The position numbers and the translations under genes are program-made. DNA of 64,000 nt from Paragordius varius (taxonomy: Eukaryota; Animalia; Nematomorpha): contig OZ176059.1 of the NCBI GenBank assembly GCA_964247055.1, forward strand, positions 1,054,001 through 1,118,000, given 5' to 3'. Below the pieces are notes generated by a model. It saw only the letters and a program-made list of their open reading frames with translations. It had not been told where the DNA came from and did not search any database. This document shows positions 39,101 to 50,809 of this stretch, one piece after another. Numbering within the stretch: the stretch's first letter is position 1; each line of letters starts with the position of its first letter.

Positions 39101-39424
39101 AGTGTACAAGTGAAAATAGAAAACATGACTACTATGGATATGAGAAATAATGCCTCTTTAAAAACTACTGCGCGTCAACCATTTGATAAAATTGATTGCA
39201 ATCGTTCGCATAAACACTTTGTTGGGGAAACGAATTCTGTGTTAAAGAATTTTGATAAAATTTTTCCAACAAAAAATTCCTCGTTTATGCATGAAAACAT
39301 TGAGAATACGTCGGTCACGCCTTATCTTCTTGATGCCGATGCTCAAAAACAAATCCTTTTATCGAGATTAGGTCCCAAACTTAAAGCCCCATTTAAACCA
39401 CCCTTTAAACGTAAAACTCTTTAA
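15993..39424 (+). CDS. BRCA2: BRCA2, 17 exons, about 1639 aa
   Basis: Exons 15993-16110, 16133(or 16142)-17620, 18517-18811, 19171-19353, 20809-20971, 22876-23064, 25930-26139, 29095-29212, 29771-29919, 30267-30658, 31648-31768, 32965-33137, 34545-34677, 35570-35688, 35754-35790 (least certain), 38095-38181, 38480-39424. All phases are compatible (4920 nt). Motifs: BRC repeats, WFFNHYKWIILKLASME, RYDREID...RSCLKRIMEHDD, ELSDGWY, NSTRRAKWWTKLG, YPL, EVNFVG. Confidence 0.95.
16495..16815 (+). other. Two BRC (RAD51-binding) repeats in BRCA2 exon 2
   Basis: GFQTAAGQNIKPNKKALLNAATLFND (canonical) and GFVTGCGKVVCINPKSLEKMIML (degenerate). Confidence 0.8.
17764..17990. mobile_element. TA-flanked MITE (CAGTCATGT termini); second copy 61520-61746
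   Basis: Long internal inverted symmetry and TA on both sides; the two copies are clearly homologous. Confidence 0.85.
19526..19967. mobile_element. Foldback MITE family A (CCATTTACAATTCAAATTCACCC termini, 21-bp subterminal tandem units)
   Basis: About 10 units of ttgaacaattcaaattcaccc on the left arm. Other copies at 20471-20743, 21008-21240, 21317-21627, 21913-22213, 22510-22792, 31312-31556, 42440-42698, 44913-45168, 47852-48067. Flanked by TA, often inside (TA)n. Confidence 0.9.
20930..22800 (+). repeat. Local tandem duplications of MITE-containing units in BRCA2 intron 5
   Basis: 20930-21240 is repeated at 21241-21600, including the exon 5 3' end and donor; the spacer at 21627-21900 is repeated at 22213-22500. 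Confidence 0.8.
23226..23765. mobile_element. Foldback MITE family B (CCATTTGCACTTCAA termini, 21-bp unit ttgaacacttcaagttggtcc)
   Basis: Copies at 23226-23765, 34872-35346 and 61863-62425, partial near 15550-15650; TA flanks; similar internal sequence. Confidence 0.88.
24326..24518. mobile_element. TA-flanked palindromic MITE; partial copy at the window end (about 63950-64000)
   Basis: About 55-bp inverted arms cagtatgtgtaagtatacattgctagaaagttattaattattgccaaatag and their reverse complement. Confidence 0.85.
24690..25890. repeat. About 1.2-kb foldback (palindromic) element with arms of about 600 bp
   Basis: Matching reverse-complement blocks throughout (ctagtttttgaaa/tttcaaaaactag, ggagatattt/aaatatctcc, cactattaaaatc/gattttaatagtg, ttggaatttcacatgag/ctcatgtgaaattccaa); centre near 25270. 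Confidence 0.82.
26463..26634. mobile_element. TA-flanked MITE (CAGTGGCGTATGG termini); copies 27833-27989 and 49955-50127
   Basis: TIRs and TA flanks in three homologous copies. Confidence 0.85.
28137..28188 (+). ncRNA. Minimal type I hammerhead ribozyme motif in the Penelope 3' tail; degraded copy at about 26266-26318 (-)
   Basis: TGAT-CCGAAGA-A-GTTAG(aggaat)CTAAC-GAAA, palindromic helix III AATTTATTAATAAATT, then T and ATTA. Penelope pLTRs are known to carry such motifs. Confidence 0.6.
31843..32743. mobile_element. TA-flanked MITE (CAGTAAAAATTGAA termini) with a nested GC-richer insert; copies 33461-33713 and about 46075-46344
   Basis: TIRs cagtaaaaattgaattatacggacaaaa/ttttgtccgtttaattacaatttttactg. 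The internal insert at about 31905-32460 carries a direct repeat gtaga(c/t)ccattcaaatccaaacttcgaa. Confidence 0.75.
36370..37450. mobile_element. Three diverged Gypsy gag fragments in alternating orientation (-, +, -) in a BRCA2 intron
   Basis: KFEEYIDYITNLMEAKEISVTDK (+, 36855) versus KFEENIDHMANVMESKEIPVTEQ (-, 36730); FIEERIMDAFVIGLR (-, about 36400); 37320-37450 aligns with 36420-36560. Confidence 0.65.
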
Positions 39425-39994
39425 ACACCTTTAGTAATATATCTTGTCATTTCTTTCCTACTTATGTGCATTATTCAATTTAATCTTTTTTAAGTTTTCT
39501 GTGAATCTCGTTATTATAATATTGTTTTGTTGTTCTTTGTTATTTGTATTTATAATGATAAGAAAAAGTAAAATCTAAAATTTATTCTAAATCAAAAGTT
39601 TCAAATTAACAATTAATAAAGAAACAACTGATTACAATGGTTATATAGCATTATGTTATAAATAAAATAAACAAATAATAAATATATGAAATGTCATCAG
39701 TAATTTTATCTATACATTTAACAATAAATGCGTTTGATATATTTATAATGCATAAATTTACATATAGGCAGTGTAGAATAAGGGGATAATTGAATTTTAA
39801 CTTTGGTTGTATAAGGATTCGAGTAAAAAATGCCATTTTGTATGTTTTGCGATCGTTATAATTCAATTCCACATGATACGGTTTCATTTAATAAATAGGC
39901 CTTTGACTAGTTAACTATATGAGAATCTTAATAAATCGATGGAGGTTTTAAATGTACACCTGCCAAAAAAGGTATAAAGGAGATTATAATTTTA

Positions 39995-42900
39995 TTAATT
40001 ATTATTATTATATAATAAGGCACGGCTTGAATCATTATCCATGTAGGCGTTAGTTGTCATATTACTTGAACTGTCCAGGGTTGAATGGTCGTACTCATTT
40101 GTTTTATACATTTGTCCACGCAAAGCATTATGTCTTTTATTACTACTTTCATCATTAATAATTAACGAGGTTGAATTCGTTGAAAGGAAAGATGAACCAG
40201 TACTGTTCCCTTCACCCGATGATAAGCTATGTGCCTTCTTTCCAGAATAAACGACGTTTGATAAATCCTTCATGTAATTATCAACAGTGGATACAGCATC
40301 ATTATGAAAAATATTTCGGGGAAGTTTTGCATTTAAATGATCATTATTAGTGTTAAATTTATCAATACCAACCTCCTCGTAAATGTTGGAAACTCGATCG
40401 CCTTTACTTGATGTTTTATTTGTCGTATCATTTTGTTGGTTCTCCAATGATGTATTTATAGCTATAGGTAAAGTAATTTATAATTATAACAAATAATAAG
40501 CAAAACTAGTAGCCCCTTTCTTCCTGCTTACTATAATGAAATGACCTCTTTGTCAAGAAAAAATTGATATACTTATTATTATGGTTGGTTTCTAACGTAA
40601 AATTAGAAAGTTAACTTTTATTCCAACTTATTTTAACATTTTTTTTTATTTAATCTTATTCAAATTATATTTAACAAGGTTTAAATGGGTAAAAACTTAA
40701 ATAAAATGGACAAGTGCGTGATAATCAGCATAAATTTGTAGGAGTCGTTAAAAATATGAGAGGGGCTAGGTGTTACTAAATTTAATACTATACATAATAA
40801 TTTCATGATTTTATAACTTACCATTAATTAAAATATATGTTGCAAAAATTGGCTATGTTACCTTTTTGTTGGTTTAGATATGGCGATGGGACAAAGGTTT
40901 GATTAATGAAACATGAACCCACATTTTGGTTTTGTTGCTTTTCATTTTTCTTTTTTTTTCTTTGATATTTAACCTTACCATTTTCAATGCTGTTATAATT
41001 AGCCTTAGGATTTCGATCAATTGAGTTTTGTGTCTTTTGATTGTTGCTTTTTATTCCAGATACTGAATTATACTTGATTCCATCGCTTTCCTCTTCTTGT
41101 AATGCGTATAGGCCACCGTGTTCATTGTTGCTAGAAATCAAACTGGACTGCTTAATATTTTTTGCATGAGTTTTTACTGATTCGTATAACATTTTACCAT
41201 TACTTGTGGGGCAAACAATGCGTTTAAGTGTCGGATGTGTTTGAATTAATAAATCCTCATTAACTCCACCCAGATTTTTAGCATCCCCATACAAAATATT
41301 TTTACTATCATTGTTATGCTCTTGTGAACCGCCATTATTGCCTAAATAATACTTCTTATTTTCCACCCTAGATGAAGTGAATGAATGCGAAGTCTCATGG
41401 CTCATGTTTAGGGTTGTATCAGCAGCAAAACTACTCTCTTCTCGTAGGGATTCAATTTCATTTCCATTTGCACAGCTGCTACTATTTTTGCTTGAACACC
41501 CAGATAGGTTGAGTTGATTTGTTAGATGGGATGGATGATAATGATGATGTTGATATGATTGAGCTAAATATTTTGATATATCATTATTGCAATTGTTGTG
41601 CTGCCATTGAGAACTTTGTTGTAGGGATGGGTAAGAGGTTAGTGAACAAGTTGCCCTATTATCCTTACCAAAATTGGAAATAAGATGCCCATTAAACGTT
41701 TCATTTTTGGTTTGTAATGCATGATCCCTATACAGTTTGTTTGCGATTGATGGGTTCCAATACTCTTGTGCGGTAGAATGACAATGGTGATAGGTGCCAT
41801 TGATATTAAAATCACTGTTTTTCCCACCACAATACGTTTTTCTGCCGCACATCTCATTCGTATTAGCCTTATTTAGCAGGGTTGGGGGTAACAGGGGTTC
41901 ATTTATACCATTTAGCAATTCACTCTTCCCTTCCTCAAGCTTAGATTGTGTTACACCATAAATGCTATGAGGGTTTTGTCGTTGCATCTTTGGGTCAAAA
42001 TTAAAATTTGGAGGACCTACTTTGTTTTCATCGATTTGATACAAGCCAGGGGACGTAGGTAATGGGCAATGGAAAAGTGTTTGAGATAACAAAGGAGTCG
42101 GTCCACGTCGACTCACATACCCAAAGTATCCGGATGAAGTACCCGTTGAAAAATTGTACAAAAATTTATCCTTCATATACTTTGTCTTTTCTTTATACTT
42201 CTTACAACCAATCTATGCATATGGAAGAAAAAAACGTTATCATTGAAATCAAAAAAGTTATTTAACTCCAATGTATAACGTTATGATTGAAACAAAAGAT
42301 TATGACTTATCCAAAAAGTTTATGGTAATTTTAGCTAATATTTTGTTTTTCTAATATTTTAGCTATATATTTATCACAAATGCACCGTTCAAATTATCAG
42401 ATGGATTTTCATTAAAACCATGATAAAAATATTTTTAGTTAACCACCCTTCATATTCACCCTAAAACAATACGAATTCACCCACGAACAATTAAAAATTA
42501 TCTAAAATAAATTTTGCGTTTAAGATTAAACATTACTCATATTTTTTTATATTTTTAAAAATAAAATTTTGTTTAAAACTACAATAATACTCAAAAATTA
42601 GCAAACTAAGCCATAAACATATATTTCATATTAATGATGAGTTATATTAGCTTGCAAACACATAATTTATTTTTAGGGTGAATTTTAATTGTAAATGGGA
42701 TATCCCAAAAAAAATTTTAAATAAAATGATTAATTTTACGAAAACTTACAAATAATAGGATGCATACGATACATGTAAGTAAGCTAAACGCTGCACTCAT
42801 TATAATAATCATTTTATTGTCATGATGGATCCTGGTTTGAGGCCTGGTGTAATTATTGGGTATTTGGTCGGCCTTATTTACTACAAATCCAAACTTAAAC

Positions 42901-45900
42901 GAACCATTAACCACCCTGTTAGATTGTGTGGGAATATTTGTAACGTTATTATGTTGAAATGAGTTTTCTATGGGATATTTTAGGATACGTTTGATAGTTT
43001 CTTCGTCCAAACCTATTATTTTCAATGTTTATATAACATTTATAATCCTATAAATATAAATTATTATAATCATATAAAAATAATTTACCCCTCTTTGTAC
43101 CTTTTAAAGATTTTAGGATTTTTATTTTATAATAAATAAAATTACTAAATATAAGAAATATATATGATAACCCAACCCTATTACATTTAAAGCCAATAAT
43201 AAAACAATTTATATAAAAAAAAATAAACCTTGTCCTCCATCATATTCATAATCGTTGGGTGGAGTTTGGATTATGGGAGTTGTTTCACTCATTCTTATAT
43301 CGTAGCCGGTTGATATTTCTGAAAAAATATAAAAATTTAAACTTCTAAATATCCATATTTAAATAATTTTTAACCAATATTTATAATGAGGGGGCAAAAT
43401 TTTGATGAAAAAAAATATATTTTACCATGGAAATCGAAATTTATTTCAGACAGTAAAATCCAATCCGTTTGGAAATCAAGGGTAACTTTAAGGGATCGGG
43501 CCATAAAACCTGTCAGACCTATGGAAATCCAACGAGAGCTTTTGGATCCCATATCTGGCCGCGTTATATATGAAATTTCTGGATGATATGTAATTGCGTT
43601 CGAATTAACATTTCCACTTTTCTCCATAAAATCATAGTCATTTGGGCTGTGATAAAATTGAATAAGTTATTACAACTAGGGTTGTGCATTTGACTCCTTT
43701 TTCAAAAAAGTCCGGTCAGACCCAGTCAGACCATGGTCATGACCACTTTTTACTTAATTAAGTATCAGATATTGGATTGTCAAAATAATGTTCGAATGAC
43801 ACTTGCGTTTCTCTATAAAGTCATGTTTTTTTAAAAGATTGTATTATACATTTTTTGATATTTATTTACAAATATTTTTGATCAAATTTAATTAAAAAAT
43901 TTGTTTTAATGAATTTTGCCTTATGTTTGTGGCCTTCTGAATCTTCAAATACATCGCTTTTAATACTGGATATTTCAAATAAAATTTTACCTAGTTTGTT
44001 TTACACTTTCTTTCATCATTAAATATCCTATTATAGGATGTTTTTTATTTTATTGGTTCACATATATGGAATAATTGCAAATTTTGCAAAGCTCTTGATT
44101 GTTTTGTTTTTCGAAATAACTGGATATGCTTAAATGCTAATGTTATAAGGATGCATGTTTAACAATATTATATTGTTAAATAAGCATATTTAAATATTTA
44201 ATATATATTATTTAAAAATTATATTAAACAATTAAATCTTAATATCTTTCTCCCAAAAAAAAGTACTAGCAATTTTTCAATAAACAGCTGTTTTTTTAAA
44301 ATGACCATGGTCAAGAAATAAATAGTCACTGACCTGGTCATGACTCAATCAATTGACCGGCTCATGACTTGGTCAGCTCAACCCTAATTACAACACATAC
44401 TATGCATGGGTATTTTATATATACAGTAATAAGCACTATTATAGACCATGCCATATCACTATTATATGGTATTTAATTTACATGCCTGCCTTGTATGAGA
44501 TTTTTATTTTATTAGTTATATATTTGCACACAAACTGCATTATTTCCATCGTTTTACAAAAATGTATCAAATAAAAAAGGGAAAATTCTCATACATGGCC
44601 ACATGCATGTAGAATATATCCCCTTTTAGGCATTTAATATACCGACACCTATAATAGCTCTCGTTACTGTGCTAGGCTTTACTGTTTAATTTTTCAATTT
44701 ATTAAATAAATTTTTTATACCTGACTGCTATAGTGGCTTTAGCAAATGTCCGAACCCCATAATCAAAACGATTATTGCAATAAAAGGATATGGCGGTAAC
44801 ATTAATTGTGTTTTGGAAGAAAAAATGCAAAATTACATTTTGTTGGGTGAGACTTCGTTTCCACCCTAACCACCCATAACCTTTAAAATAATAATTGTAG
44901 AAAATTAAAATACCATTTACAGTTCAAACCCTTGACGAATTCAAATCACCCTTGAACAATTCAAATTCACCCTAAAATAAATTATGTGTTTTTTAAGGTT
45001 AAAAATTGGCATATTTTTTTATATTTTTATATGATTTTTTGTTTAAAATTAATACAATGCTGAAAAAATAATAAACTATCTCATAAAAATATATTTCATA
45101 TAAATGATGAGTTATGTTAGCCCGAAAATACATAATTTATTTTTAGGGTGAATTTGAATTGTAAATGGTATATAATACATGAAAATAAGAAAAAAATAAA
45201 AAATATGTAACCGTTTAATACAAATTATGTAATACATCAATATTTTTTTCATTTAAAAAACTTCATTTATATGTATATAGACCCTAAAAATTTACCAGGT
45301 GGATAGCTTTCGTGCGGTTTTATAAAATCATCTTGACCAACTATACCGTCATACAAGATGCCCAGCGGATTATGCATATTGTTATGTTGTTTTGCCAAAG
45401 ACTGTTTTGTTTTCCAAAACTCTTCATTTTCTGCTAAAACAAAGATATAATTAATTTAAATTTTACACGGCAAAGCATAATATTGGTTTACGGAACTCAA
45501 GTCAATAAAATATTAAAATCTGAGAATTGTGTTAATGATTTTATCCAATATTGTGTTTTGCTTTTAAAAAAAATATTTTAAATAAATTTTTTACATAAAG
45601 CACAATAAAAAATTTTTTATTTGAAAAATATAATGTTGTTATAGACTGTTTATCCTCAAAACTTAAAAGGGGCTACTTAGAGTTAGTCTAAAAAATATTT
45701 TATGCCTATAAAACGAATAATATATTAAATTAATTAATTAATTACCTGCCAAGGGTAAAACATCTATTATGTTGGGTATTGTCATTGCTCCATTATATTT
45801 GTCCTCAAGTGAAATACGGTTTAGATTTAACCCATTACGCACTATATAATTGCTACCGATAGGTGCAACGTATTGTTTCAAACTACCTGATATGTTTTAA

Positions 45901-46726
45901 CACATATTTAAGATATAATTTGTAAAATGAAAGGATGTATACCTTTTATATTTTTGGAATTATAGGCAAATGACTAAATTAATTACTCTCTCATTGTCAT
46001 TAGAATGCAAATAGACTTTTGTGGTTCAATGAAGTTAAATTATTATTTTATATTGCTAAATCAATGATTAATGTAGAGTAAAAATTGAAATTATACGGGA
46101 CAAGACGTATATGAAGACAATTTTTTCAAACAACACTACTTTTTTGAACCTTAATTTATCCAAATTTTATATCTATCATAATATAAATAAAGATTGTGTT
46201 ACCAATTTACATCTTTATTTTACATGTGCAATTAAAACAATGAGTTATATTCAAAAAAATAAGATTAAAGTATGGCCGTCTTTTAGAAAAAAATATTTGA
46301 CTTTATATTTTTCCATTTTGTCCGTATAATTTCAATATTTGATGTAAAACTTACCTTCAAAAAAATGGAACAATTTTATTTCCTAATTTTCTATTATATT
46401 GTTATTGATTTTTAATCTATTTTAATAACTTATACTGAATCTATCAGCTTTATAATTAATTAATTTATTTACTTAACCCTTATTAATTTTAACAATTAAT
46501 TATTTTCAAGACTATATCATCAAGTATAATAAAAAATGGTGCTAATAATAACTAGTATGTGTGATAAAATTAACACAAAAAGTTTTTTTTATTTAACAGA
46601 AAGAGAAAGGAGGTGTAAGACGCCGCAAACGACCATATCCATATCATGCAAATAGGGCATAAAAATATTACATTTATACTATTTTAGTTGACTATAAATT
46701 ATTATCATTAAAGTGCAGAAAAAAAG

Positions 46727-46767
<41 letters not shown>

Positions 46768-46895
46768 TTTAAATAATAAAATATGTATTTGACAAATTAG
46801 TCTTTGAACCAAAATTCATAATAAGATGTGAAATTTTATTAACAAAATAATAAATGGGCGCCACATAACCCAAGACAAAATAACACCAACATGTA

Positions 46896-46937
<42 letters not shown>

Positions 46938-49900
46938 CTTATATTATTTATGTGAGATTAATTTTTAATCGTAATTTTTTTTAGATGTATATTTATATCT
47001 TAATTGATATTTTGTAACCAAAAAAGATATATATTAGGAAATGACGACACATTAAAGTTAAAAGAGGTTAAAATTTTCCAAGAGTGTCAATGACATCCTA
47101 AAAAAATACTTTCAACAAACAAACTTAGAAACTTAACTTAAACTAAAACCTCAATAAAATTTAATTAAATGATACAAAATTTTATAAAATGACTGGTATA
47201 TAATATTTTGTACCTGTATAGGCGCACCCTAAAATTTCAATCCGCACACAAACTGAACGGTGCTCAGTAAAGTGTGGGATAAAACGTAATCCATCACTAA
47301 TAATGGGCGGTTCCAGATGAGATGTAACAATACTTTTGGTATCATTATTGCCAGGAATAATCTAACATTAAAAATTTGTGGTTACATTACTAAAATCAAA
47401 ATAGAATGTTTTTGGAGATTTCATAAATTATATATGTGGGTAACTTACTCTAGTTCCCATGCTATTAACATAGGGGATCCATTCATCAATTTCAACCGGG
47501 CTTTCCGCTGCATTAGTTTTTGTTTGATGTTCATTTTTAGCGTGTGAAAAAGTAGTAGTTTTCATATTATTATTATTATTATGTCGGCGGCCATTATTTC
47601 GATAGGATAATCTATAAGCATCCATATATTCGATCCCTCGACCCTGTCCAAAACGACCTTGAGTCTGGATGGCAGTTATCATGACTGGGACGGGGAAACG
47701 AATTTGCAAATATTCCTCCATGAACGATGTATTCTCATCAACATTATTCTCATTATGTTTGTGATTATTATGATTGGGCAAAGCAACAATGGTCGGGCAC
47801 CAAGCTCCACCATCAATATCCCAATTAAGTCTAACCACACGTATAATATATCATTTACAATTCTTTAAATTGACCCTCGAACAATTCAAATTCACCCTAA
47901 AAATATATTATGAGTTTTCAATCTAACAACTTAACTCATCATATATGAAATATATTTTAAAGACATAGTTTATTATATTTTCAGCATAATTTTAAATTTT
48001 AAAAATATAATAAATAAAGATTTTTTTTAAAAAAAAAAGATAATTTTTAGGGTGAATTTGAACTTGGTATATTTGTATATAGTCAATAATTGTAGGTAAT
48101 TGCTTTATTAATAACTATATGGCATTTACAATGTTATACATAAATTAAGATTTATTATTTCCATTTGAGATTTCATTCTACTGCTACAATAGAGTAGATA
48201 AATTTTATGATCGTTCCCCATTATTTACACTGATTTATTAAAAATTAACATTAAACTATGATGACCCGTATATAAAAATCAATACCCGTTATAATTTTGG
48301 AGTAGTTTTTTTATAAAAGTTAAATTTAAAAAAAACCATTTCAATAGTTAAATAATTTAGTTTCCTCGTTTATTGCGAATTGCATGAATGTAATAAAAAA
48401 CTAATTTAAATCAATCATTCCTAGACCAATAATGTAAAACCATAAAATGAATGCAGCGCTAATAAATGTAAATTACGTTTGACAAAGATTACTTGTAGTA
48501 ATCGAAATATTATATTATAATAAATTATATAATTTTTGCTGATTGATTCCATATATAATTATATTATTATTCTGTTTGCATCCAGCCACATATCTTTTAT
48601 TACATTATTTATTTTGCGTGTGATTTTCTCAATTCCTTAACATCCACCCGTAAATAATTTCATGTTTAATGAAAATCACAAAAATCATGCTGGTAGTAGG
48701 ACTTTAGATTAACCGTCAACTAAGCGAATTTACATAAAATAATTAGTCTGCGATTACTATGGACGAAGGGTTTCACATATCGTTTATAATTTCTATTTAT
48801 ACTTTCATTTAATTTTATTTAATTTCCTTTATCGTTATCTTACAACAACTTTTATAATTGATTTTAATTCCAAATTTTCATTTGTATTATGGAGGGGAAA
48901 GAACCAAAACAGTATATTTACATTTTAACCAATTTATCCATCCATCCATCTCATTAATAAAGTATTAAAGGGACACCTCCAAATTTTACATGCTGTGTGT
49001 GTGGGAATTGAACACATAAGAAAAATAAGGCGTGACAAAAAAATTTATGTCTAAGGTAAAAAAAAGCTGAGGGACCAGGAAATTCAATAAAAATAAAATT
49101 AAGTGAGATCTCTATGCCATACCATTTATGCTTGTTGCTTTTTATTCCTATGAAAAAAAAAATATTTTTGCCAAAACTGTAACATACAAAAATGCAATTA
49201 AATAAAACAAAATAAAATTTGTTGATAATAATAAAAATGATATGGTGAAAAACGTGACAAGAATAAATTAATAATGTAATGTTTTATTGGACATATAAAA
49301 TGTATATAATGGCGTTTTTATATTAATTTGGTTTTCGTTGGGAAATGAAAATAAAAAAAAATTTTGGTAAAATTTAAATTATTTTTGTTCCTTTCTAAAA
49401 CTATATAATAACAAAGTGTTAAAAAGTGTAAAAATTGAGTAGCGAATTTACTTATTTTTTTATGATTTTAACACGACTAAACAATTTAAATCGCTAAAAT
49501 TTTTAATTGTTAACTAATGGTTTAATATGGCACGAGCGATATGTATTACAGCCATTGGAAGCGTAGCAAAAACCAGATTTCATTCTTATTTATGTTTTGA
49601 TCAACGAATTAAATCATTAACCAGAAAAACGCCTTTTATTTTAAAAAAGGTCTGTATTCAATCTAATTTAACCATTAATAGTATTATAATTATATAATAA
49701 AATTTATATTATACACATATATGGTAAATATTAGAGTTCCATTAAAATTAATCATAAAAATTAATATATATTTATATAAAAAAACAGCCATTTCCATTTT
49801 AATATGTAATTAAAAGAACAACCATTTTTCTTGGAGTTTATAGAGAGATAATTTAAAACACGTTTTTAATCTTGATTTTTATATTAAAGAATCTAAATTG

Positions 49901-50809
49901 AGTTTTCAACCTTGAATGTTTTGATTAAATCAAACAAATCTCGCTTATACATTTACACTAGCGTATGGCATAAAACAAGTCCATAAAAGAATTTTTTTAC
50001 GAAAACAACCCTAGTTGTGTATATAATCCGTCATGTACCATTACAATATCCATAATATCCCCTTGTTTTTTTAAAAAAAACATTTTTTTATTTTTTATGG
50101 ACTAATATTTTATGCCATACGCTACTGTATTAGAGTTTGGACATTTATTTTATATTAATTTTTGGATCATTTTAACTTATCATTCATACATTTTAGTCAT
50201 TCAAACAAGATAAAAACACGTTTCAAAAGTACATTCAGGGAATAATAGAGAGTGGAATGTAGTGAAGTGAAGATCAATTTATAATTAAATTTTAATCAAA
50301 TTATTTGATCAGTCAGATATTTTCCCAATGATTATGTTAATTAACAAAAAGTTAACAATATTGGCGGCAAATATGTGCTTAATACAATAACTAATTCAAT
50401 TATTAATCATTAATATATTTGGTTATTTGTAAATTACATATATCTCAAGATATTATAAATTAAAAAATAATTTGAAAATGTGTATAACCTCTATATTACG
50501 ATTTAAAAAATTTAAAAATATTTTATGTTTTCCAGCCAAATTGTGAAAATTTGACAATCTAATTATTTAAAACTCCTACTATTAATTAGGATTAACACAA
50601 TTTTTTAGTGAAGAAAATAAGATATATAAAGGGCGCTTCTAATTATTTACTTAATATAAAGTATAAAATAAAAAAATGACCATAGTATTAATAAATATTT
50701 TACCTAGCTTGTTCAGGGCCTACACTTTCCATTGCATGAGATGAACTTGCCGATAACCATTCGTCCTTTATTTGTCCAGACTCCATTCCCAATGGTTTTT
50801 TGCACATTT
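39995..50809 (-). CDS. Ddr: Discoidin domain receptor-like single-pass membrane protein apparently lacking the kinase domain (signal-peptide exon not found)
   Basis: Exons (-) 50809-50704, 47830-47449, 47361-47214, 45886-45746, 45433-45296, 44880-44721, 43646-43426, 43318-43229, 43012-42750, 42212-40862, 40461-39995; phases are compatible. DS domain (PLGMESGQI, DGGAWCP, TQGRFG, VCVRIEILGC), DS-like domain (LYDGIVGQDDF, GWLGW, YCNN, WILLSEINF), TM followed by KKYKEK. Confidence 0.88.
43677..44386. mobile_element. Non-autonomous hAT element
   Basis: TIRs tagggttg/caacccta with a perfect 8-bp TSD attacaac (43669-43676, 44387-44394); subterminal gaccatggtca-type repeats. Confidence 0.88.
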
